NCBI GenBank assembly: GCA_034111105.1 | Contig: JAWUXY010000031.1 | Span: 1-27,342 of the forward strand | DNA: 27,342 bases | Direction of reading: 5' to 3' | From: Bermanella sp. | GTDB lineage: Bacteria; Pseudomonadota; Gammaproteobacteria; Pseudomonadales; Oceanobacteraceae | Part shown: positions 1 through 8,975 of the stretch, in pieces | Position numbering within the stretch: position 1 is the stretch's first letter | Layout of the letters: each line of letters starts with the position of its first letter | Made by a program: the position numbers and the translations under genes | Notes under the pieces: generated by a model | What the model was told of the DNA's origin: nothing | The model's database searches: none | The model's input: the letters and a program-made list of their open reading frames with translations, nothing else

Positions 1-83
1 AGAATACCGTCTTTTCCAGTGAGGTCTTGACCTTCACGTAGGGCTTTAAGGGCGGCTTCCATATCGAATGTTGGTTTGGTCAT
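1..83 (-). mobile_element. 5' end of an IS256-family transposase gene, truncated by the window edge
   Basis: Reverse complement of 83..1 reads MTKPTFDMEAALKALREGQDLTGKDGIL, resembling the N-terminus of IS256-family (Mutator-type) transposases. Not in the supplied ORF track because it runs off the window. Confidence 0.7.
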
Positions 84-114
84 ATGTCATCTCTTTTTTA
101 GTGATTTTAAAGAA

Positions 115-312
115 ATGACACAGAATTTTGAACACTACCAACTTGATGTTTACGAATTAAATGAAATTGTCGGTATAGCACTTAAAGATGGTGTGGTAGA
201 TGATAATGAAAAACGTGTATTGGCCAGTATCATTGCAAGGTTAAATGCAGAAGAATTAGTCGGCGAGCTTGCAGACAAAGTGGCCGAATTAAGAGCCGAG
301 CACGGTTTTTAA
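115..312 (+). CDS. Small hypothetical protein (TerB-like helical flavour), possibly 5'-truncated by the adjacent IS
   Basis: ORF from the internal ATG: MTQNFEHYQLDVYELNEIVGIALKDGVVDDNEKRVLASIIARLNAEELVGELADKVAELRAEHGF. Confidence 0.45.
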   Translation: MTQNFEHYQLDVYELNEIVGIALKDGVVDDNEKRVLASIIARLNAEELVGELADKVAELRAEHGF

Positions 313-390
313 TCCTATTGTTTATCGAATAGTGGTTACAAAAAAGCCAGCATTAGCTGGCTTTAAATTGAGTAGGGGTCAGTTGTGAGG

Positions 391-969
391 TTAAATCACA
401 TGTACTCCAAACTCATCCAACATTTTAATCAACTGAATTAAGGGTAAACCAATCAAAGTATTGGGATCATTACCTTCTAAGCGTTCAAACAAGCTAATAC
501 CTAAGCCCTCTGACTTAAAGCTGCCTGCGCAGTTGTAAGGCTCTTCTTTTTTTAGATAGTTTTCGATCTGCCCATCGGTTAATTCTTTAAAATAGACATA
601 GAAGGGCTCAACAGTCTCTTTGTATTGATTTGTGCCGGCATTGAATACACATAAACTCGTATAAAAAGTCACCGTGCGGCCGCTGGCATTTTTTAGTTGC
701 TCTATGGCACCTTCATGATTACCGGGCTTACCAATAATATGGCCATCTAAGGTGGCACATTGGTCACTGGCAATAATAATAGACTGTGGATGGCGCTGTG
801 CTATGGCTTGTGCTTTTGCTTTTGCTAAGCGGGCAACCATGTCTTTGGGTTGTTCATCTTTTAACGGGGTTTCGTCGATGTCAGGACTGTCACAATCGAA
901 GCTTAAATCCAGCTTTTCTAAGAGGGCTTTACGGTAAGGTGAGCTTGAGCCTAAAACTAAACGGGCCAT
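391..969 (-). CDS. Maf/YceF-family nucleotide pyrophosphatase
   Basis: MARLVLGSSSPYRKALLEKL...DIDET...IASDQCATLDGHIIGKPG is the Maf family signature. Start moved to the internal ATG at 969. Confidence 0.9.
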   Translation of the reverse strand: MARLVLGSSSPYRKALLEKLDLSFDCDSPDIDETPLKDEQPKDMVARLAKAKAQAIAQRHPQSIIIASDQCATLDGHIIGKPGNHEGAIEQLKNASGRTVTFYTSLCVFNAGTNQYKETVEPFYVYFKELTDGQIENYLKKEEPYNCAGSFKSEGLGISLFERLEGNDPNTLIGLPLIQLIKMLDEFGVHVI

Positions 970-1012
970 AGGAATCTGCCAAAAATGAAATTTGGCTAAG
1001 TGTACGGGATTT

Positions 1013-1043
1013 TGAGCAAAAAAAAACAGGCCCAAAGGCCTGT
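1013..1043 (-). terminator. Rho-independent terminator for sodB
   Basis: Stem aacaggcc/ggcctgtt (1024-1031/1036-1043) with an A-run 1018-1025 on the + strand, i.e. a U-run on the transcribed minus strand. Confidence 0.75.
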
Positions 1044-1068
1044 TCTTCTTTTTAGACTGGGGTCTAAA

Positions 1069-1653
1069 TTACTTAGCCAAGTTTTCGTTCGCGAAGTCCC
1101 AGTTTACTAGCGCCCAGAAGCCTTTTAGGTAATCAGGACGTACATTGCGGTAATCAATGTAGTAAGCATGTTCCCAAAGGTCAACGGTCATAAGTGGCGT
1201 TAGGCCAGCTTCAGTGATTGGAGTTGCTGCATTAGACGTGTTTACGATGTCTAAAGAGCCGTCTGCTTTTTTAACTAACCAAGTCCAGCTAGAGCCGAAG
1301 TTGTTTACAGCAGAATCATTGAATTTAGCTTGGAATTCTTCAAAAGAACCAAATGCTGCGTTGATTGCATCTGCAATCGCGCCAGTAGGTGCGCCGCCGC
1401 CGTTAGGGCTTAGGCTGTTCCAGTAAAAAGTGTGGTTCCAGATTTGAGCAGCGTTGTTGAAAATGCCGCCAGAAGACGTTTTAACGATTTCTTCTAGAGA
1501 CTTGCTAGCAAGCTCAGTACCTTCAACTAGGCCATTTAGCTTAGTTACGTAGGTGTTGTGGTGTTTACCGTGGTGAAAATCAAGGGTCTCAGCGGAAATA
1601 TGTGGCTCTAAAGCATCTTTTGCATAAGGTAGTGCTGGTAGTTCGAACGCCAT
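1069..1653 (-). CDS. sodB: Superoxide dismutase [Fe]
   Basis: [36 protein letters not shown]...[15 protein letters not shown]...[19 protein letters not shown]. Confidence 0.97.
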   Translation of the reverse strand: MAFELPALPYAKDALEPHISAETLDFHHGKHHNTYVTKLNGLVEGTELASKSLEEIVKTSSGGIFNNAAQIWNHTFYWNSLSPNGGGAPTGAIADAINAAFGSFEEFQAKFNDSAVNNFGSSWTWLVKKADGSLDIVNTSNAATPITEAGLTPLMTVDLWEHAYYIDYRNVRPDYLKGFWALVNWDFANENLAK

Positions 1654-1887
1654 GTTGGGCTCCCGTTATTATGGTTGGACTCTCATCATCAATACTTACG
1701 AGGTGTTATTCGTAAGTACCTAAAAATAGGTGAGTGAATAATAGCACTAGAACCACAGGCTTTCTATTGATCTGCTGGACTAATGAATTGCTCATTGTGA
1801 ACAAATTAACCAAAACAGTGACACTGACTTGCCAAATATCAACTAACTGCCACAATAGCCAAAATTCAAGATAATTTTATAGCCCTT

Positions 1888-2622
1888 ATGAATAAAGACA
1901 AAGAACCAGAACAGTTAGCATCCATAGCAATGAGCCGCGAAGAAATTGCGAGTCGTCAGCGTTCGACGGGTAAATTTAAAGCCCCCGCGTCCAGCGGTGG
2001 ATCGTCCGGTGCCTCAAAAGTCTTATGGGCATTATCGGTCTTTTCCCTGATTTTTTGTGTGGGTTTATTGGTCGAACTTTATAACGTAAAAAAACAGTCT
2101 GAATTACAATTACAGGCACTCACGATTTTACAAGATAAATTAACATCGACGGATGAGCAGGCAAACTTATCTGTGGATGCAGTGAAAATTTTACTTAGAG
2201 AGCAAGACCATGAAATAAGAAAATTATGGGACCTTGCCAATAAGCGTAACAAAGTTGATATCAGTAAAAATACAGGTCGTCTTACAGCGCAAAGTAAACT
2301 GATAACCAAGCAAAGCAGTAAAATGGATGCCCTTAATAAAAACGTAGCTCAACTAGAAAAAAATACAGCCAAACAAATTCAAACGGGTTTAAAACCGATC
2401 AGCGCAGAAATGGAACAAACAAAAACCAATGTCTTATTACTTGAGACAAAATTGGATTCAGGTTTATCAGGCTTACCAAAAAACATTAGCAAAACACTTG
2501 ATGAGCACGGTAAGGGCATCAAAGCAATGGATGCGACACGCTTGCAATTGATGCGTCGAATACAAGCACTTGAAAAAGAAATAAAATCACTTCAAACCCC
2601 CGCACCTGCTGCTCAGCCTTAA
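1888..2622 (+). CDS. Hypothetical single-TM protein with long coiled-coil region
   Basis: One TM (VLWALSVFSLIFCVGLLVELY) followed by a long heptad-like, K/Q/L-rich region and an AP-rich tail. Confidence 0.7.
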   Translation: MNKDKEPEQLASIAMSREEIASRQRSTGKFKAPASSGGSSGASKVLWALSVFSLIFCVGLLVELYNVKKQSELQLQALTILQDKLTSTDEQANLSVDAVKILLREQDHEIRKLWDLANKRNKVDISKNTGRLTAQSKLITKQSSKMDALNKNVAQLEKNTAKQIQTGLKPISAEMEQTKTNVLLLETKLDSGLSGLPKNISKTLDEHGKGIKAMDATRLQLMRRIQALEKEIKSLQTPAPAAQP

Positions 2623-2638
2623 TTGAGCAGTATGAAAT

Positions 2639-2661
2639 AAAGCCCTAATAGGGCTTTTTTT
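2639..2661 (+). terminator. Rho-independent terminator
   Basis: aaagccct-aat-agggcttt followed by a T-run. Confidence 0.8.
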
Positions 2662-2676
2662 GGATTTAATATGCAT

Positions 2677-3570
2677 ATGTCTTTCGAAGATCAGTTAGCT
2701 CTGCCCTGTTATAGCGATTTTGATGAATTCTCACGTGTGGTTTTATCCTATGATAAAACCAAGAGTCTTGAGGCGGTATTAATGCTCGGATTACGTTGCT
2801 CTAATTTGTCTCAGGCATTTGCGTTAGCTTATCGTTGTGCTTTGCAATCTTTGTTGCCGCAATTAAATCAAAGCCAGTGGGCCGCTATGTGTGTCACCGA
2901 AAGCCAAGGTAATCATCCTAGAAATATCCAGGCTCATATTAATCAAGATGGCAGTGTCACTGGCGAAAAGAGTTTTGTCACCATGGCAGGCTTGGCCGAG
3001 CAGTTGTTAGTGATCGCTAAAGCACAGGGTGAGCAAAAAGATGATTTGCGCCCAGTATTAAAAGCCGTGTTAGTCGATTATCAGCAAGCAGGGGTAAGTG
3101 TTGCGCAAATGCCCGCCATGAAAATGTTGTCTGATATACCCCATGGCATATTAACGCTGAACAACGCTGCGTGCGATATTTTAACGGGTGATGGCTATTC
3201 GGATTACAGCAAACTTTTTAGAGTATTAGAAGATGCCCATATTTTAATGGCAGCCAGTAGTTTTATCTTAAATCAAGCGTATCGAGCAGGGCAGGTTGAT
3301 GTGGTGGCAAAAGCTTTGGCCATGGTTGGTTTACTTAATGGAATACCACTGGTATCAAATCCTTGGGTGCACTTGCAGCTTGCGCAGGGATTTGATCAGT
3401 TTTTACAGTTATGTGAGATGTTTGAGCAAGAACTCCCTAAATATAATGGGGCTGTTTCTGATGCGTGGTTTGTGGATAAAAAATTATTTTCGATTGCATC
3501 AGGTGCGCGAAAAATGCGCACAGAAAAGGCATTACACTGGGTAGCTGCTAAGTCTAGGGGCGAGGTGTAG
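2677..3570 (+). CDS. Divergent acyl-CoA dehydrogenase-like protein
   Basis: Central stretch 'HINQDGSVTGEKSFVTMAGLAEQLLVIAK' resembles the ACAD middle domain (GEK..WIT.A..A); C-terminal half is helical ('DYSKLFRVLEDAHILMAASSFILNQAYRAG'). Confidence 0.45.
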   Translation: MSFEDQLALPCYSDFDEFSRVVLSYDKTKSLEAVLMLGLRCSNLSQAFALAYRCALQSLLPQLNQSQWAAMCVTESQGNHPRNIQAHINQDGSVTGEKSFVTMAGLAEQLLVIAKAQGEQKDDLRPVLKAVLVDYQQAGVSVAQMPAMKMLSDIPHGILTLNNAACDILTGDGYSDYSKLFRVLEDAHILMAASSFILNQAYRAGQVDVVAKALAMVGLLNGIPLVSNPWVHLQLAQGFDQFLQLCEMFEQELPKYNGAVSDAWFVDKKLFSIASGARKMRTEKALHWVAAKSRGEV

Positions 3571-3994
3571 AGACTAAACCGCCTTGGTTTATGACGCCAT
3601 TTGTATAATGGCTACCGTAGCTTGACTCATAATAGGTATTAACAGGAATATTATTTTGCACTTGTATGGTGGGGGCTCGGCGCTCTTCTAGCGTATTTTG
3701 ATTCTCTTTTAACGACAGAATCTCTTCTTCACGGGCATCGGGAATAAGTGCAGTCGTTTCTCCCTGCATATCTAAACGGGTTTCATCCAGCTCATTCAAG
3801 TCTAAGCGGTTTAGCTCAATGCTTTGTGCCGTGGTGCGCTTATAGCGATAAGTGCTGCTGTAGTCATAATGATGTGGGCGTTCTTTTGCTTGATTAACGG
3901 CATCAATTAAATCATTGGCATAATAATTATCCATAGGTTCAACGCCATTGCTGTTTATACTGATGAATATTAAAATAAATAATAACGTCTTCAT
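3554..3994 (-). CDS. Hypothetical secreted protein, paralogous to the next ORF
   Basis: N-terminal signal-like segment, YYANDLIDAVNQAKE...RTTAQSIEL...TNGVINQGGLVSTPRP. Confidence 0.6.
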   Translation of the reverse strand: MKTLLFILIFISINSNGVEPMDNYYANDLIDAVNQAKERPHHYDYSSTYRYKRTTAQSIELNRLDLNELDETRLDMQGETTALIPDAREEEILSLKENQNTLEERRAPTIQVQNNIPVNTYYESSYGSHYTNGVINQGGLVSTPRP

Positions 3995-4032
3995 AAATAT
4001 CTATTCTTATTGTTTGGTTAGATGCTAAACAG

Positions 4033-4560
4033 CTACGGCCTTGGTGTGCTGGTAATTGTACCATTAGTGGTTAAGTTATTCGTTCTTACTGTATCGCCAC
4101 GAGGAAATTCGTGAAAAATTTCAGCTGTGAACTTTGCATTACTCTCTGGGATAGCTGGTGGGGCTTGTCGCGTTATTTGTGTTTTTTGATTCGGTTTTGT
4201 TTGCTCTAAATTCTTTTGCAAAGTTTGCGCTTGCGCGTCACCTGGAATATTGTCAGGCGTGCTGACTTTACCCGCGGCAGTAGGTTGCAGTGCGCCCTCT
4301 AGGCGTTCTTGTTCAAGTGCTTGGCTGCCAAGCTTAGGCAAATCAAATGACTGCGATGTAGTGCGGTTGTACCAATAACGATTGGCATAATTAACGTTCC
4401 GATCGTTTTGCTTTGCCTCTAAAATAGCGGCGTTAATGTCATTGCCATAATAATCTTCTCCCATACGAATGCTGTCTTCAGCCAAAGCAAAGGGAAGTAA
4501 TAAGCATATTGGGAAGAACAACACCAATATCTTGCCACTTTTGATTAAAATTCGTTCCAT
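4033..4560 (-). CDS. Hypothetical secreted protein, paralogous to the 3554..3994 product
   Basis: Signal peptide (ILVLFFPICLLLPFALAE), YYGNDINAAILEAKQ...RTTSQSFDL...TNNLTTNGTITSTPRP. Start chosen at internal ATG (MERILIK). Confidence 0.65.
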   Translation of the reverse strand: MERILIKSGKILVLFFPICLLLPFALAEDSIRMGEDYYGNDINAAILEAKQNDRNVNYANRYWYNRTTSQSFDLPKLGSQALEQERLEGALQPTAAGKVSTPDNIPGDAQAQTLQKNLEQTKPNQKTQITRQAPPAIPESNAKFTAEIFHEFPRGDTVRTNNLTTNGTITSTPRP

Positions 4561-4672
4561 GATGTGAAATTCCAGTCGCACTTATTTTGTTATTTTTTGT
4601 AATTATGTCATCATACCGGAATATTTAAAGCGTGTTACCTCTTCGCTAGTAAGAGGCGCATAGAGTCTAAAA

Positions 4673-5368
4673 ATGATAAAAATAATAACGACCATTTTTG
4701 CAACACTCGTACTAATTTCTACGTCTGGCTGCTTACACATATACCAATCCATCGGACATAACTTTGGGGCTTATATCGCCACGGTTTCTGGTAAGGAGTA
4801 TTCCCAAGTGGGCAATCGCTGGGACTATGAAAACAAAGCCTTGTTGTATGTTTATCGTCCTAATAGCGAATGGGCTGCCGACGAAATTGAAGCGCCAAGC
4901 TTTTATTTAGAAGACGAGCGTGTCTTTAATATTCGCGCCAATGGTTACACTTGGTTTGAACTTGAACCGGGTGAATATGAAGTGGTCATGCGTCGTCCGT
5001 TAATGGGCTTAGAAGGGATTGCAACAGACAGCTTCGAATTTGACCTTAAGCGAATTGCTCAAATGAACTTAGCGGTTGAAGCCGATAAAGTATATTTTTT
5101 GCGTTACAGCGAAATTGACCCGCCACAACCCGAGCATCAAACCATAAAAGAAGACATCCCTTTAGGCGATGGCCCGCTCATGCTGGTATCAACAGAATTA
5201 GCCCATACCGAATTAGCGGTGACTCGTATGTTGCCAGAAGGAGGGCGTTTCATTAAATCGAAAGGCCCACTTAGTGAAGATGAGCTTGAAGAAGTGTTCG
5301 ATAGCCGTGTTATTGATTTAAGTAACGAAGAGCCAGAAGACACAAATACAATGAAATGGTGGTGGTAA
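4673..5368 (+). CDS. Lipoprotein, DUF2846-like
   Basis: Lipobox 'ISTSGC'; 'ALLYVYRPN...SFYLEDERVFNIRANGYTWFELEPGEYEVVMRR' resembles DUF2846 proteins. Confidence 0.65.
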   Translation: MIKIITTIFATLVLISTSGCLHIYQSIGHNFGAYIATVSGKEYSQVGNRWDYENKALLYVYRPNSEWAADEIEAPSFYLEDERVFNIRANGYTWFELEPGEYEVVMRRPLMGLEGIATDSFEFDLKRIAQMNLAVEADKVYFLRYSEIDPPQPEHQTIKEDIPLGDGPLMLVSTELAHTELAVTRMLPEGGRFIKSKGPLSEDELEEVFDSRVIDLSNEEPEDTNTMKWWW

Positions 5369-5453
5369 TCGCTTCTGCGGTTACGTCATTTTAAGCCACC
5401 ATGCTACAATATCCCCACAACTATTATTAAATTGATTATTGAGAGACCCTGCC

Positions 5454-6968
5454 ATGACTGTGATCAAGCAAGAAGATCTGATCCAGAGTGTTGCTGATGC
5501 CCTTCAGTATATTTCGTACTATCACCCACTCGACTTCATTAAAGCAATGGAAGAAGCCTACGAGAAAGAAGAGAGCCAAGGCGCGAAAGATGCCATTGCT
5601 CAAATTCTAATCAACTCCCGTATGTGCGCCATGGGCCACCGCCCAATCTGTCAAGATACCGGTATTGTGACCGTATTTTTGACCATTGGCATGGATGTAA
5701 GATTTGAAGATGCCACCATGGATGTAGAAGCCATGGCCAATGAAGGCGTGCGCCGTGCTTACTTGCTGCCGGATAATATTTTACGTGCATCTGTATTAGC
5801 GGACCCTGATGGCAAACGCGAAAATACCAAAGACAACACACCAGCAGTTATTCATACCAAGTTAGTACAAGGTAATACGGTTGATGTACATGTGGCAGCC
5901 AAAGGCGGCGGCTCTGAAGCTAAGTCAAAATTTGCCATGTTGAATCCATCTGACTCAGTGGTTGATTGGGTATTAGAACAAATTCCTAAAATGGGTGCCG
6001 GTTGGTGTCCACCAGGTATGCTTGGCATCGGCATTGGCGGTACGGCTGAAAAAGCCATGATGATCGCCAAAGAAGCACTGCTTGAGCCAATCAATATCAA
6101 AGAGTTGCAAGCTCGTGGTGCGCAAAACCGTTCTGAAGAATTGCGCTTAGAATTATATGAAAAAGTAAATAAGCTCGGTATTGGCGCACAAGGTCTTGGC
6201 GGTTTAACCACTGTTTTAGATGTAAAGGTTGCTGACTACCCAACGCATGCTGCAAATAAGCCCGTGGCGATCATTCCAAACTGTGCAGCAACGCGTCATG
6301 CACATTTTGAACTAGATGGCTCAGGCCCGGCTCAATTAGAGGCGCCAAAACTAGAAGACTGGCCTGAAATCACGTGGGAAGTAGGCGAAAGCGTACGTCG
6401 TGTTAACTTAAACACCATTACCCGTGAAGAAATGAAAGAATGGAAGCCAGGCGAAACGATTTTATTGAATGGTAAAATGTTAACTGGGCGTGATGCGGCT
6501 CATAAACGCATGGTCGATATGATCGAAAAAGGCGAAGAGTTGCCAGTTGATCTTAAAAACCGTTTTATCTATTACGTAGGCCCAGTTGACCCTGTTCGTG
6601 ATGAAGTGGTGGGACCAGCTGGCCCAACGACTGCAACACGCATGGATAAGTTTACTCGTACGGTATTAGAAAAAACGGGCTTAATGGGCATGATTGGTAA
6701 AGCTGAGCGTGGCCAAATTGCGATCGATGCCATTAAAGACAATCAAGCGTCTTATTTAATGGCCGTTGGTGGTGCCGCCTACTTGGTATCACAAGCCATT
6801 AAAAACGCCGAAGTGGTTGGTTTTGCAGACCTAGGTATGGAAGCCATTTACGAATTTGACGTAGTGGATATGCCCGTAACGGTTGCCGTTGATGTGAACG
6901 GTACGTCTGTTCATAAAACAGGGCCGCAAGAGTGGTATGCAAAAATTAATGCGAAAGAAGTGAGCTAA
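5454..6968 (+). CDS. Fumarate hydratase, class I (Fe-S)
   Basis: RPICQDTGIVTVF, KGGGSEAKSKFAMLNPSDS, PPGMLGIGIGGTAEKAM, GGPAGPTTATRMDKFT motifs; starts at internal ATG 5454. Confidence 0.95.
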   Translation: MTVIKQEDLIQSVADALQYISYYHPLDFIKAMEEAYEKEESQGAKDAIAQILINSRMCAMGHRPICQDTGIVTVFLTIGMDVRFEDATMDVEAMANEGVRRAYLLPDNILRASVLADPDGKRENTKDNTPAVIHTKLVQGNTVDVHVAAKGGGSEAKSKFAMLNPSDSVVDWVLEQIPKMGAGWCPPGMLGIGIGGTAEKAMMIAKEALLEPINIKELQARGAQNRSEELRLELYEKVNKLGIGAQGLGGLTTVLDVKVADYPTHAANKPVAIIPNCAATRHAHFELDGSGPAQLEAPKLEDWPEITWEVGESVRRVNLNTITREEMKEWKPGETILLNGKMLTGRDAAHKRMVDMIEKGEELPVDLKNRFIYYVGPVDPVRDEVVGPAGPTTATRMDKFTRTVLEKTGLMGMIGKAERGQIAIDAIKDNQASYLMAVGGAAYLVSQAIKNAEVVGFADLGMEAIYEFDVVDMPVTVAVDVNGTSVHKTGPQEWYAKINAKEVS

Positions 6969-6990
6969 ACTTTACTGACATCGTATCAAG

Positions 6991-7013
6991 AAAGGGGCTT
7001 ACGCCCCTTTTTT
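6991..7013 (+). terminator. Rho-independent terminator after fumarase
   Basis: aaaggggc-ttac-gccccttt followed by T-run. Confidence 0.8.
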
Positions 7014-7043
7014 ATTGGGCATTTAAAATCCAAGGAGCAAAAG

Positions 7044-7379
7044 ATGTTAGCGCAAGAAAGTTGTGAAGCGTGTCGTGCGGATGCGCCAAACGTGACGGAT
7101 ATTGAATTAACCGATTTTATGCCGGCCATACCTGAATGGCTTAATATAAATGAAGAAAGCGTTGCGAAGTTGCGCCGTAGCTTTGCTTTTAAAAGCTACA
7201 AGCAAGCGCTTAGTTTTACCAATGATCTGGCTTATTTAGCCGAGCAAGAAGATCATCATCCCGATATTTTATTACAATGGGGGAAAGTAACCGTTACATG
7301 GTGGACGCATAAAATTAATGGGTTACACAAAAACGATTTTATCATGGCTGCCAGAACAGACGCATTATACAAACATTAA
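7044..7379 (+). CDS. phhB: 4a-hydroxytetrahydrobiopterin dehydratase (pterin carbinolamine dehydratase)
   Basis: [55 protein letters not shown]. Confidence 0.92.
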   Translation: MLAQESCEACRADAPNVTDIELTDFMPAIPEWLNINEESVAKLRRSFAFKSYKQALSFTNDLAYLAEQEDHHPDILLQWGKVTVTWWTHKINGLHKNDFIMAARTDALYKH

Positions 7380-7714
7380 CGGCTGAGTCTTAATGTATCG
7401 ACTTTAAGTACTCGACCTTCACAGTCGCTTGTGATTACGGTGAGTGACAGACCACTTTTAAGTGCTTCAAGCGCCATTAAAAAGCGTCTTTGCGCGACCG
7501 TGTCATACTCACTGTATACGCGATAAACATTAGATGGCTTACCGCCACAGTTGTGTATCTTATTAGCCGAATGAATATCAAACGGCGCTTCTTCATCATC
7601 GACTCTTTGTTCTAAGCCGCTCACTGACAAGCCTTCTACTGCACGTTCATTTCCCCGAGCATTGGTCATAAAAGCGCAGACGCAGAGAATAATCATTAGT
7701 CGATGTAAAAACAT
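7376..7714 (-). CDS. Small hypothetical secreted protein, divergent from the motor-like cluster
   Basis: N-terminal hydrophobic signal ([15 protein letters not shown]); two Cys in the mature part (HNCGG, TSDCEG). Confidence 0.6.
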   Translation of the reverse strand: MFLHRLMIILCVCAFMTNARGNERAVEGLSVSGLEQRVDDEEAPFDIHSANKIHNCGGKPSNVYRVYSEYDTVAQRRFLMALEALKSGLSLTVITSDCEGRVLKVDTLRLSR

Positions 7715-7864
7715 TGTTGTCCTAATTTCAAGTCATCTTATCCTTATCTAAGTATCGACGTAAAAGCTGAAAACTAAAGGATTTTAACAACTAAACATAG
7801 CGTGTACTCATGCTTGAGCTATGCTTTGTAATTGAGTGTATGGCGAAAATGGATGATGCCAAGG

Positions 7865-8965
7865 ATGAAGCAGGACAACGGACTTTACTCGAATAAATAT
7901 GTAATTTTATCGGCGCTATTCTTTATATTATGCGCCATATTTTCGTCGTATGCCTTTTCTGAAACCCGAGTAGTGACATCAGATGTTCCCGGTTTTGGAT
8001 TGCCCCCTACCATGTATGCTGGCTTTTCTCGTCTATTAGATGACGAAAGTATCCTTGTACCCGAAGAGTTATTAGATGTTGATAAAAACATCAAACGTAT
8101 CGCATTTTATTTTAATGGCGATCGCCTGCATCGAAAAATCCCAAAACAAGTTCACTTAATGATTGAGAATAAATTGCTTGGCAAGTTCATGGGGTTAGGC
8201 CGATTTGAAGTGATCGATTGCATTGAGTGTCGTACTACCCGCGTTAATTTCGAAGACTCTCGTATGCTGATTAGCCAGAGTGCGCAAAGTAATCAGGACT
8301 TGCGTGATTTATCTAAAGATGTGCGAGCGGATGCTTTTTTGTTATGGAGCGCCAGTGTGCATGAAGACAAATTCACTATTAATTTACGATTAGTCAGCGC
8401 AAAAAGTAATGAATTAGTGTGGTTAAAAGAATATGCGAAAAAAACCACACGAGAACAAGAAGAGCTTGAATTTGAAAGTATTGAAATGGAAATGGTCGTC
8501 AGCTCATGGGGATTGGCCGCAGAGCGTGATGGCGTTGGAGCTGTCGAAGATGCCACGCTCAGTGGCGTGACCGCTTTTGGAATTCGACGCCGAGAATACA
8601 CCACTTTAAATAAGGATGTAGAATACAGTTTGGGCGTTGAATATTTTAGGAACTTCTCAAGCAGTGATGAATTTGATGTCAGTGGTTTTAATTTAGAAGG
8701 GCGAATATTTGTTAATATTTCTGCGTTAAAAGATTGGGTTAATACCAAAGCCTACGTAGGAATCGGCCAAGCCTTTTTCAGCGGCAGTCACGGTTTGATG
8801 ATGAAATTCGGTTTAGAGTTTCCATTTGTGACTAATGGCTTTATGGCGATTGGAGCCGTGTACTTGGTTAAAGAAGATGTTGAATGGGATAGTAATGCCG
8901 ATTATGAAGACAGCTCTGAATTTGGTGGTGCTGGTTTGGACTTAACCCTCGGCTATCGGTTCTAA
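7865..8965 (+). CDS. Envelope protein: CsgG/FlgO-like N-domain plus C-terminal outer-membrane beta-barrel-like region (motor-like cluster gene 1)
   Basis: ORF track start is TTG 7832; internal ATG 7865 (or 7853) precedes a signal peptide (YVILSALFFILCAIFSSYAFSE). 'LRDLSKDVRADAFLLWSASVHEDKFTINLRLVSAKSNELVW' is the CsgG/FlgO-type pattern. C-terminus has alternating aromatic strands and ends '...GGAGLDLTLGYRF'. Confidence 0.7.
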   Translation: MKQDNGLYSNKYVILSALFFILCAIFSSYAFSETRVVTSDVPGFGLPPTMYAGFSRLLDDESILVPEELLDVDKNIKRIAFYFNGDRLHRKIPKQVHLMIENKLLGKFMGLGRFEVIDCIECRTTRVNFEDSRMLISQSAQSNQDLRDLSKDVRADAFLLWSASVHEDKFTINLRLVSAKSNELVWLKEYAKKTTREQEELEFESIEMEMVVSSWGLAAERDGVGAVEDATLSGVTAFGIRRREYTTLNKDVEYSLGVEYFRNFSSSDEFDVSGFNLEGRIFVNISALKDWVNTKAYVGIGQAFFSGSHGLMMKFGLEFPFVTNGFMAIGAVYLVKEDVEWDSNADYEDSSEFGGAGLDLTLGYRF

Positions 8966-8975
8966 GGAATAAAAT

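Noticed and set aside
752-971. ORFs opposite the maf-like gene (752..937, 786..971)
   Set aside because: Antisense shadows of a well-supported gene; composition not protein-like.
5611-6211. ORFs opposite the fumarase gene
   Set aside because: Fully antisense to a confident CDS, low-quality sequences.
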